A program made the translations under genes and the position numbers. Positions 51,838 through 60,133 of a stretch of 64,000 nt of DNA are shown here, one piece after another. How positions within the stretch are numbered: the stretch's first letter is position 1; each line of letters begins with the position of its first letter. Below the pieces are notes generated by a model. The model searched no databases, was not told the origin of the DNA, and saw only the letters and a list, made by a program, of their open reading frames with translations. Where the stretch lies: contig CAXXUO010000001.1 in NCBI GenBank assembly GCA_963666485.2, positions 800,001 through 864,000 of the forward strand. The letters run 5' to 3'. This DNA comes from Syntrophorhabdaceae bacterium. Lineage in GTDB: Bacteria; Desulfobacterota; Syntrophorhabdia; Syntrophorhabdales; Syntrophorhabdaceae.

Positions 51838-53664
51838 ATGAAAACGATCCGTTCATGCCTCACGGTAACGGCCATTGCCGCACTGATCATGGTCATGGTC
51901 CCGGTGATCGCGGGTGCCGCCGGGAACCCCAAGGACCGTCTCGAATACTGGCAGAAGAATTTCGACGAGCTCAAACCGGAAGACGACGCACGCGCGAAGA
52001 AGGCCCACGAAATCTTCACCCGGGTGCTCAGCGCCGCGGGCAGAAGGCCGGGCGTCACGCCGCGCCTTTTGATCGTCAAGAGCGAGGCCGCGTACGTGCC
52101 GCTCGCCATTGCCATCCCCGACGGCGGGGTCATCATTTCAAAGAAGGTGCTCGACATATGCTACAAGGACCCGAAGTACGGTGACGACCGCCTGGCTTTC
52201 ATCCTTGGCCACGAGATAGCCCATCAGCTCAAGGATGATTTCTGGCACATGAAGTTCTTCCAGGCCGTCGAGATCTCCGAGGGGAAGGACGCGGGGCGGG
52301 CGGCTGTCCTCAACGAGGTCAAGGCCATCGCCGGTTCCACGGAAAATGTCCTTGCCAAAGAGCTCCAGGCGGACGAGCACGGCATCATCTATGCGTCGCT
52401 GGCAGGGTATGACACGGCATCGATCGTCACCGGGGACAACAAGGTCAATTTTTTCGAGTACGTTGCGCGGTCGATGGACCCGGGCAGCATCAAGGGCTTA
52501 AAGCAGGCCGGCACCCACCCGGCCCCGGCCCAGAGGGCTGAAACGGTCAAGGCGCGCCTGCGCCAGGTCCTCGAAAAGGTCGAGGTCTTCAACCTCGGCG
52601 TCCTTTTCTACCAGGCCGGGGACTACCGCCGGGCGCTTCTCGCCTTCGAGGAGTTCCTGCGGTACTTCCCGGGCAGGGAGGTGTACCACAACGCGGCCGC
52701 CTGCCATCACCAGATGGCGCTGAAACAGTACCGTACCTGGAAAGGGGACAAGGACCCCCTCCCCTTCCAGTTGTCCATTTCCCTTGACCCCACCACCCTC
52801 GCGAGCGCCATCAGGCTGCGCGGGAAGGCTGCGCCGACGCCGGAGGCGCTTTTCAAAGAACACCTGGCAAAAGCGATCGAGAACTACGAAAAGGCGATCT
52901 CCCTCGATCCGTCGTACTACCTGTCGTACAACAACCTGGGGTGCGCCTATGTCTTGAAAGAAGAACCATACAAGGCCATCGCCATGTTCAAGGACGCCCT
53001 CAGGATTTCCCCGGGGAACAAGGAAACCCTCAATAACCTCGGCGTCGCCTTCTTCATCGCCGAAAACCCCGGGAAGGCCAAAGAGAACCTCCTCGCCGCG
53101 CAGAAGGCCGATCCCGGTTATGACGCCCCTCTTTTCAACCTGGGGAGGATCGCCCGGGAGGAGAAGAACGGGGCCGAGGAAAAGAAGTACTGGGACATGT
53201 ACCTGCTATTGGGGCCGTCAGGGCCCCGTGCCGAGGCAGTCCGCCGCATAATGGGCGTTACCGGGGCCCTGGCCTCGAAGACGGACAAGGCGCCGGTGCG
53301 GGAAGGTATCGGGGGGCTGAAAGCGGGGGCGGATGCCAGGGAAACGGCGGCGTCCTACGGCAAACCCGTATCGTCACAGAAGATCAGCCTCGAAGAGGAC
53401 CCCTTTATAATCGAGAGGTATGCGAACGATCTCATGGTCGTGTCCCAGGATGGGGGCGTGATGCTCATCGTTGCCGGGGAGGGGTCGCAGGAAAAGACGT
53501 CCCGCAACGTGAGGGCAGGCTCCGGGGAGGAGCAGGTCCTCACTCTTCATGGCAGGTCTTGCGAGGTTGAGGCCATAACGGGCGGAAGAAGCATTGCCTG
53601 CAAGGAACAGGGCGTCGCCTTCCGGATACGGGATGGGAAGGTGGTTTCCTGGCTGGTGTTTTGA
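51838..53664 (+). CDS. Exported M48-family zinc metalloprotease with TPRs and a duplicated small alpha/beta C-terminal domain
   Basis: Motifs LAFILGHEIAH (HExxH), ELQADEHG and THP...R; TPRs (YNNLGCAY, LNNLGVAF, FNLG); signal peptide. Confidence 0.85.
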   Translation: MKTIRSCLTVTAIAALIMVMVPVIAGAAGNPKDRLEYWQKNFDELKPEDDARAKKAHEIFTRVLSAAGRRPGVTPRLLIVKSEAAYVPLAIAIPDGGVIISKKVLDICYKDPKYGDDRLAFILGHEIAHQLKDDFWHMKFFQAVEISEGKDAGRAAVLNEVKAIAGSTENVLAKELQADEHGIIYASLAGYDTASIVTGDNKVNFFEYVARSMDPGSIKGLKQAGTHPAPAQRAETVKARLRQVLEKVEVFNLGVLFYQAGDYRRALLAFEEFLRYFPGREVYHNAAACHHQMALKQYRTWKGDKDPLPFQLSISLDPTTLASAIRLRGKAAPTPEALFKEHLAKAIENYEKAISLDPSYYLSYNNLGCAYVLKEEPYKAIAMFKDALRISPGNKETLNNLGVAFFIAENPGKAKENLLAAQKADPGYDAPLFNLGRIAREEKNGAEEKKYWDMYLLLGPSGPRAEAVRRIMGVTGALASKTDKAPVREGIGGLKAGADARETAASYGKPVSSQKISLEEDPFIIERYANDLMVVSQDGGVMLIVAGEGSQEKTSRNVRAGSGEEQVLTLHGRSCEVEAITGGRSIACKEQGVAFRIRDGKVVSWLVF

Positions 53665-53668
53665 TCAC

Positions 53669-56600
53669 ATGAAAAGACCAGCGGGCAAGATTTCCTGTGT
53701 GGCAGCCGCGATCCTCTTTCTTTCCCTCTTTTTTCCCGTGCCGTCACATGCCCAGCCTCCCGATGACGTGACCGCACTCATTGATCAGTACACTCGCCTT
53801 TACAGGGAAGGCCGTTACCAGGAAGCCATACCCATCGCCGAAAAGGTCATGTCCATCCAGAAGACGACCCTGGGCCCGGAGCATCGCGACACCGCGGTCT
53901 CACTTAATTTCCTGGCCGTGCTCTACGAAATGATGGGTGATTACGCCCGGGCCATATCGCTCTGTAAACGTTCCCTGTCCATCCGGGAGAAGATCTTCGG
54001 CCCGGACCATCCTGACACTGCGGTCGTAAACATCAACCTCGGCAGACTCTACGACAACACCGGCGAGTATGCGAAGGCCGAACTCCTCTTTAAGCGTGCC
54101 ATCGCCATTTACGAGAAGGCCCCGGGCCCGGAGCACCCGAATATGGTGGGTGCCCTCCACAGCCTGGCGGTCCTGTACGATAGCATGGCTGACTATGCCC
54201 GGGCCGAACCCCTTTATAAGCGCACTATCGCCATCCACGAGAAGACCCTGGGCCCGGAGCACCCGAATACGGCCATTTCCCTCAACAACCTGGCCATGCT
54301 TTACAGAGACATGGGAAATTACGTAATGGCAGAGAGTTCTTGTTTGCGTGCCCTCGCCATCTACGAGAAGACCCTGGGCCCGGAGCACCCGAATACGGCG
54401 GCATGCCTCAACAATATGGCCAGCCTGTATGAAACGATGGGTGATTATGCCCGGGCCGAATCACTCTGTAAGCGTTCATTGGACATCCGGGAGAAGGTCC
54501 TCGGTCCCGACCATCTCGACACTGCGGTGTCGCTCAATCTCCTGGCCGGTCTCTACGAAACGATGGGTGATTATGCCCGGGCCGAACAACTCTACATGCG
54601 CTCCCTGGCGATTCGGGAGAAGGTCCTCGGTCCCGAACATCGCTACACCGCGGCCGCCCTCAATAATCTGGCAGAATTTTACAGGGCCAGAGGGGACTAC
54701 ACGAAGTCGAAGTACCTCTACGAACGATCCCTCGCCATCTACGAGAATAAACTTGGCGTGGAACATCCCGATACGGGAATCATCCTCGGCAACCTGGGGG
54801 AGCTTTACAGCGCCCTGAGCGATCACACGAAGGCCGAACCCCTGTACATGCGGTCCCTGGCGATCAAGGAGAAGGCCCTCGGCCGCCACCACCCCGAAAC
54901 TGCTCAATCCCTCAGCAACCTCGGTGTGCTTCATGCCGCAACAGGCAGGTACAACGATTCCTTTCCCCTCATGCTCCGTGCCCAAGGCATAGACGCGGGG
55001 CTTATAGACCAGGTCATGGGGTTCACGTCGGAAGACCGGAAAATGAAGTTCCTCGCGACGAAGGAGGGAAACCTGCATACCTTTCTCAGCCTCATCGCTC
55101 TCCATTTCACGCAGGACAAGGGCGCGACCGGCAAGGCCCTTACCGTCTGGCTCCAGCGCAAGGGCGTCGTCCTCGAGGCACAGAAGCGCTTCCAGGACGC
55201 CCTGGCCATCTCCGACGACCCGAAGGTGATGGAGAAGGCGCAGGAACTGGCCCGGATACGGGGACAGCTGTCGAAGCTCACCTTCTCCGGCCCGGGGAAG
55301 GAGGGCGCGGAAGCATACAGGAAGAAGATAAAGGAGCTCGAGGAACAGAAGGAGCGGCTCGAGGCGGAGTTGAGCAGAATGAGTGACGCCTTCGCGAAGA
55401 CAAAGAAGGTAGGCAAGGCGGACACGAAGCAGGTCGCTTCCCCGCTCCCCCGGGGCAGTGCCCTCCTCGACTTCGTCAAGCTCCCCATCTTCAACTTCGC
55501 CGCGAAGGGCAGAGAGGCAAAGTGGCTCCCTGCCCGCTATTATGCCTTCGTCCTCCCCGCGGGGAAGCCTGACAGCGTCTCCCTCGTCGACCTGGGCGAC
55601 GCAGGCGAGATAGACCGCCTCGTAGCGGATCTGAGGAAGGCGATAACCAACTACGAGGCCGACCCGCGCGGAAGGGACTCCTCGCGCATTTCGAGAAGGC
55701 TCCACGACATCGTCTTCGCCCCCGTCGGGAAGGACCTCAAGGACGTGAAGGAGATCTACATATCCCCCGACGGGAACCTGAACCTCATCCCCTTCGAAAT
55801 ATTGAAGGGCCCTGATGGTAAACACTTGATAGAGGATTACACCTTCAACTACCTGGGAAGCGGCAGGGACCTCCTCGGCTTCGGCATGGTGAAGGGTGTG
55901 CCGTCAAAACCCCTCGTCATTGGCGACCCCGACTACGACCTGGACGAGACGGGACAGAAGGACTCCCTCAGGAAGCTCGGCATCGGGCCGGGCACGCGCT
56001 CCGTCGCCACACGCTCCCGGGACATGTCATCGAAAGAATTCGTTCCCCTACCCGGTACGAAGGAGGAGGTCGAGTCCATAGTCTCTCTCCTGGGGCAGAA
56101 GGACACGTCCCTCTATACCGGCAGGGACGCCCTGGAAGAGGTCCTCATGAGGCAGAAGGACCCGAAGGTCCTCCACCTCGCCACTCACGGCTTCTTCATG
56201 ACCGACCAGGACCTCCTCGATGAGAAAGGCGCGGCCCGCTATGAGAACCCGCTCGTGAGGTCGGGGATCGTCCTTGCCGGTGCGAACAGGTCCATGAAGA
56301 CGGGGAGCGACGAAGGGATCGTAACGGCAGAGAAGATCCTGTCCTTGAGACTCCATGGCACCGACGTCGTTGTCCTGTCCGCGTGCGAAACGGGCCTCGG
56401 GGACATAAAGAGCGGCGAGGGGGTCTTCGGGTTGCGGCGTGCCTTCACCCAGGCGGGGACGAAGGGCCTCGTCATGTCCCTGTGGAGCGTCCCGGATAAA
56501 GAGACGAAAGAGCTCATGGTGAGCTTCTACACGAACGTGTTCGTGAAGAAGATGAAGAGGCCCGAAGCACTCAGGCAGGCGGTCCTCGCCGAGCTCGCGG

Positions 56601-56671
56601 AGGTGAAGAAGAGATACGGCACCACGAACCCCTTCTTCTGGGGGGCGTTCGTGTACCTGGGGGAACCGTAA
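53669..56671 (+). CDS. Exported TPR-CHAT (caspase-like, HetF family) protease 1
   Basis: Signal peptide; 42-aa TPRs with 9 GxxH linkers; ISPDGNLNLIPFE; catalytic HLATHGFF and LSACETG; FWGAF. Confidence 0.92.
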   Translation: MKRPAGKISCVAAAILFLSLFFPVPSHAQPPDDVTALIDQYTRLYREGRYQEAIPIAEKVMSIQKTTLGPEHRDTAVSLNFLAVLYEMMGDYARAISLCKRSLSIREKIFGPDHPDTAVVNINLGRLYDNTGEYAKAELLFKRAIAIYEKAPGPEHPNMVGALHSLAVLYDSMADYARAEPLYKRTIAIHEKTLGPEHPNTAISLNNLAMLYRDMGNYVMAESSCLRALAIYEKTLGPEHPNTAACLNNMASLYETMGDYARAESLCKRSLDIREKVLGPDHLDTAVSLNLLAGLYETMGDYARAEQLYMRSLAIREKVLGPEHRYTAAALNNLAEFYRARGDYTKSKYLYERSLAIYENKLGVEHPDTGIILGNLGELYSALSDHTKAEPLYMRSLAIKEKALGRHHPETAQSLSNLGVLHAATGRYNDSFPLMLRAQGIDAGLIDQVMGFTSEDRKMKFLATKEGNLHTFLSLIALHFTQDKGATGKALTVWLQRKGVVLEAQKRFQDALAISDDPKVMEKAQELARIRGQLSKLTFSGPGKEGAEAYRKKIKELEEQKERLEAELSRMSDAFAKTKKVGKADTKQVASPLPRGSALLDFVKLPIFNFAAKGREAKWLPARYYAFVLPAGKPDSVSLVDLGDAGEIDRLVADLRKAITNYEADPRGRDSSRISRRLHDIVFAPVGKDLKDVKEIYISPDGNLNLIPFEILKGPDGKHLIEDYTFNYLGSGRDLLGFGMVKGVPSKPLVIGDPDYDLDETGQKDSLRKLGIGPGTRSVATRSRDMSSKEFVPLPGTKEEVESIVSLLGQKDTSLYTGRDALEEVLMRQKDPKVLHLATHGFFMTDQDLLDEKGAARYENPLVRSGIVLAGANRSMKTGSDEGIVTAEKILSLRLHGTDVVVLSACETGLGDIKSGEGVFGLRRAFTQAGTKGLVMSLWSVPDKETKELMVSFYTNVFVKKMKRPEALRQAVLAELAEVKKRYGTTNPFFWGAFVYLGEP
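55832..56661 (+). repeat. 830-bp exact direct repeat, copy 1 (CHAT catalytic region)
   Basis: Identical line by line to 58832-59661. Confidence 0.95.
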
Positions 56672-56791
56672 AAAAAATGGTTCCAGGTTCCAGGTTTCAA
56701 GCTAAAACCATCATTCCCGGACCAGGGGGGGGAAGAATGTGTTGGGATTGGGGAAAGTCCGGGGCAGGAACACCGACATAAGGAGGGTTGT

Positions 56792-59671
56792 ATGAAAGGG
56801 ACCGGGAACCGGGGTTTCACCCTGGCGACTTTTATCGTACTTCTTTCCGTTCTTCTTGCTCCGTCTCTCGCCCCGGCACAGTCTGCCGACGACGCAGACA
56901 AGCTCGTCAACCAGTACATGCAGTTGTACCAGGAAGGGCGTTATGCGGAAGCCGTGCGCGTAGCCGAGAAAGTGCTTGCCGCCCGGGAGCGCCTCTTCGG
57001 TCCCGATCACCCCGACACGGCCACAACCCTCAATGACCTGGGCCTGCTCTATGATACGATGGGTGATTACGCGAAGGCGGAACCGCTCTACAGGCGCTCC
57101 CTCGCAATCCGCGAGAAGGCCCTGGGCCCTAAGCACCCGGGCACCGCGACGACGCTTAACAACCTCGCTGAACTTTACCGTGCCATGGGAGACTACGCGA
57201 AGGCCGAAACCCTCCTGAAGCAATCCCTCGCGATCAAGGAGAGGTCCCTCGGCCCCGACCACCCCGGCACCGCGACGACGCTCAACAACCTGGGGCTGCT
57301 GTACGACACGATGGGTGATTACGTGAAGGCCGAACCGCTCCTCAAGCGTTCGCTCGCGATCCGCGAGAAGGCGCTCGGCCCGGGACACCCCGATTACGCC
57401 CAGTCCCTCAACAACCTGGGGCTGCTGTACAGAACGATGGGTGATTACGTGAAGGCCGAACCCCTGTTGAGGCAGTCCCTCGTGATCTTCGAAAAGACGC
57501 TCGGCCCCGACCACCCCGACACGGCCCAGTCACTCAACAACCTTGCGGGTCTCTACCGCGCCATGGGTGATTACGTGAAGGCCGAACCCCTGTACAGGCG
57601 CTCTCTGGAGATCAAGGAGAAGGTGCTCGGGCCCGACCACCCTGACACGGCCCAGTCCCTCAACAACCTGGGCCTGCTGTACAAAACGACGGGTGGTTAC
57701 GCGAAGGCAGAACCGCTTTTCAAACGTTCCGTAGCGATCCACGAGAAGACCTTCGGGCCCGACCACCCTGACACGGCCACCACGCTCAACAACCTGGGGG
57801 AACTCTACCGTGCCATGGGAGACTACGCGAAGGCCGAACCCCTGTACAGGCGTTCCCTCGCGATCCATGAGAAGGCCCTCGGGCCCGACCACCCCGATAC
57901 GGCGACCTCTCTCAATAACCTCGCCACACTCGATGCAGCCACCGGCAGGCCCGGCGATGCCTTCTCCCTTATGCTCCGCGCCCAGGATATAGATGCCAAG
58001 CTCATCGACCAGGTCATGGGGTTCACGTCGGAAGACCAGAAGATGAAGTTCCTCGCGACAGTGGAAGGCAATATTTACGGTTTCCTGACCCTTGTCAGTC
58101 AGAATATGAAGGGCAACAAAGAGGCTGCCGGCATGTCTCTCACCGTCTGGCTCCAGCGCAAGGGCATCGTCCTCGAGGCCCAGAGACGCTTCCAGGACGC
58201 ACTGGCCCTCTCCGGCGACCCGAAGGTGGTTGAGAAGGCGCAGGAACTCGCACGGGTGCGGGGGCAGCTCTCGAAGCTCACCTTCTCCGGCCCCGGCAAG
58301 GACGGGGTGGACACGTACAGGAAGCGGATAAACGAGCTCGAGGCGCGGAAGGAGAAACTCGAGGCGGAACTGAGCAGGATGAGCAGCGCCTTCGCGAAGA
58401 CACGGAAGGTCGGGAAAGCGGACACGAAGCAGGCGGCCGCGGCCTTGCCCCGGGGCAGTGCCCTCGTCGACTTCGTGAAGCTCCCCATCTACAACTTCAT
58501 GGCAAAGGGGAATGAGAAGGTATGGCTTTCTCCCCGCTACTTCGCCTATATCCTCCCCTCGGGCAGGCCCGGCGACGTCTCTCTCGTGGAACTCGGCGAC
58601 GCGGGTGAAATAGACCGCCTCGTCGGCGAGTTCAAGAAAAACGTCGCCAACTACCAGGCGGACCCCCGGGGACAGGGGGCGTCCCGCGTCTCCCGGAGGC
58701 TCTACGACCGCGTCTTCTCTCCTATCAGGAGCAACCTCAAGGACGTGAAGGACATCTACATATCACCCGACGGCAACTTGAACCTCATCCCCTTCGAGGT
58801 GCTGCAGGGTCCCGATGGTACGTATCTCATCGAGGATTACACCTTCAACTACCTGGGAAGCGGCAGGGACCTCCTCGGCTTCGGCATGGTGAAGGGTGTG
58901 CCGTCAAAACCCCTCGTCATTGGCGACCCCGACTACGACCTGGACGAGACGGGACAGAAGGACTCCCTCAGGAAGCTCGGCATCGGGCCGGGCACGCGCT
59001 CCGTCGCCACACGCTCCCGGGACATGTCATCGAAAGAATTCGTTCCCCTACCCGGTACGAAGGAGGAGGTCGAGTCCATAGTCTCTCTCCTGGGGCAGAA
59101 GGACACGTCCCTCTATACCGGCAGGGACGCCCTGGAAGAGGTCCTCATGAGGCAGAAGGACCCGAAGGTCCTCCACCTCGCCACTCACGGCTTCTTCATG
59201 ACCGACCAGGACCTCCTCGATGAGAAAGGCGCGGCCCGCTATGAGAACCCGCTCGTGAGGTCGGGGATCGTCCTTGCCGGTGCGAACAGGTCCATGAAGA
59301 CGGGGAGCGACGAAGGGATCGTAACGGCAGAGAAGATCCTGTCCTTGAGACTCCATGGCACCGACGTCGTTGTCCTGTCCGCGTGCGAAACGGGCCTCGG
59401 GGACATAAAGAGCGGCGAGGGGGTCTTCGGGTTGCGGCGTGCCTTCACCCAGGCGGGGACGAAGGGCCTCGTCATGTCCCTGTGGAGCGTCCCGGATAAA
59501 GAGACGAAAGAGCTCATGGTGAGCTTCTACACGAACGTGTTCGTGAAGAAGATGAAGAGGCCCGAAGCACTCAGGCAGGCGGTCCTCGCCGAGCTCGCGG
59601 AGGTGAAGAAGAGATACGGCACCACGAACCCCTTCTTCTGGGGGGCGTTCGTGTACCTGGGAGAACCGTGA
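56792..59671 (+). CDS. Exported TPR-CHAT (caspase-like, HetF family) protease 2
   Basis: RBS AAGGAGG, signal peptide, 42-aa TPRs with 8 GPxHP linkers, same His/Cys dyad motifs. Confidence 0.93.
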   Translation: MKGTGNRGFTLATFIVLLSVLLAPSLAPAQSADDADKLVNQYMQLYQEGRYAEAVRVAEKVLAARERLFGPDHPDTATTLNDLGLLYDTMGDYAKAEPLYRRSLAIREKALGPKHPGTATTLNNLAELYRAMGDYAKAETLLKQSLAIKERSLGPDHPGTATTLNNLGLLYDTMGDYVKAEPLLKRSLAIREKALGPGHPDYAQSLNNLGLLYRTMGDYVKAEPLLRQSLVIFEKTLGPDHPDTAQSLNNLAGLYRAMGDYVKAEPLYRRSLEIKEKVLGPDHPDTAQSLNNLGLLYKTTGGYAKAEPLFKRSVAIHEKTFGPDHPDTATTLNNLGELYRAMGDYAKAEPLYRRSLAIHEKALGPDHPDTATSLNNLATLDAATGRPGDAFSLMLRAQDIDAKLIDQVMGFTSEDQKMKFLATVEGNIYGFLTLVSQNMKGNKEAAGMSLTVWLQRKGIVLEAQRRFQDALALSGDPKVVEKAQELARVRGQLSKLTFSGPGKDGVDTYRKRINELEARKEKLEAELSRMSSAFAKTRKVGKADTKQAAAALPRGSALVDFVKLPIYNFMAKGNEKVWLSPRYFAYILPSGRPGDVSLVELGDAGEIDRLVGEFKKNVANYQADPRGQGASRVSRRLYDRVFSPIRSNLKDVKDIYISPDGNLNLIPFEVLQGPDGTYLIEDYTFNYLGSGRDLLGFGMVKGVPSKPLVIGDPDYDLDETGQKDSLRKLGIGPGTRSVATRSRDMSSKEFVPLPGTKEEVESIVSLLGQKDTSLYTGRDALEEVLMRQKDPKVLHLATHGFFMTDQDLLDEKGAARYENPLVRSGIVLAGANRSMKTGSDEGIVTAEKILSLRLHGTDVVVLSACETGLGDIKSGEGVFGLRRAFTQAGTKGLVMSLWSVPDKETKELMVSFYTNVFVKKMKRPEALRQAVLAELAEVKKRYGTTNPFFWGAFVYLGEP
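58832..59661 (+). repeat. 830-bp exact direct repeat, copy 2
   Basis: Identical to 55832-56661. Confidence 0.95.
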
Positions 59672-59699
59672 GGGACAATGAAAACGCCAGGATGATGCT

Positions 59700-59716
59700 T
59701 GGGGTCACGTCTTGCA
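59700..59716 (-). repeat. REP-like motif, right copy of an inverted pair
   Basis: TGGGGTCACGTCTTGCA, inverted relative to 48403-48419. Confidence 0.55.
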
Positions 59717-60133
59717 TTGACGCATTTTACGCGTCAGACACCGATAGCGCGGCAGCGAAGATAACAATACAGGGGGGACGGGAGAAGCTGACCGATCGCC
59801 GAGAGTCTTCGATGAAATCTTTTCACAACATCCCTATTCAATTGCATTGGTCATAAATCCGGGGTCCGCCTCTCGCCTCATCCCCTATCGTCGCTGCGTG
59901 ACCCGAGGCATATTCTCTCAATTACACCAAATAATCATAAATCCGGCGGCATAATGTGCGATAACATAAAAAGTCCCTGTGATGCGGATGTGCCAGTTCG
60001 TCCTTGTTCAGAAGATGATCTTACGTCCCCGGGGACCGGCAGAGGTCTGCGATAGTGAAAAAGTCAAGGGGACCGGGGGCAGGATAGAGGCCCCATGGCC
60101 AAAACAATAAGGATGGGGCGCAAGGTGGGAGAT

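Noticed and set aside
53880..54930. DGR-like pattern: AAC codons replaced by TTC, ATC, CAC, AGC, CTC and GGC in CHAT1 TPRs
   Set aside because: There is no reverse transcriptase or template repeat in the window, many non-adenine changes also occur, and C-ending codons are expected from GC bias.
56679..56699. Heptamer tandem GGTTCCA-GGTTCCA-GGTTTCA between the CHAT genes
   Set aside because: Only three imperfect units, too short to assign a function.
55832..59661. Exactly 3000-bp spacing of the duplicated segment as a meaningful signal
   Set aside because: It simply equals the CHAT2 gene length (2880) plus the 120-nt gap, and the round number is most likely coincidence.
53669..59671. CRISPR-associated (Craspase-like) role for the TPR-CHAT genes, or a CRISPR array in the repeats
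   Set aside because: No cas genes or repeat-spacer array are in the window. The repeats are in-frame 126-bp coding units and the proteins have signal peptides.
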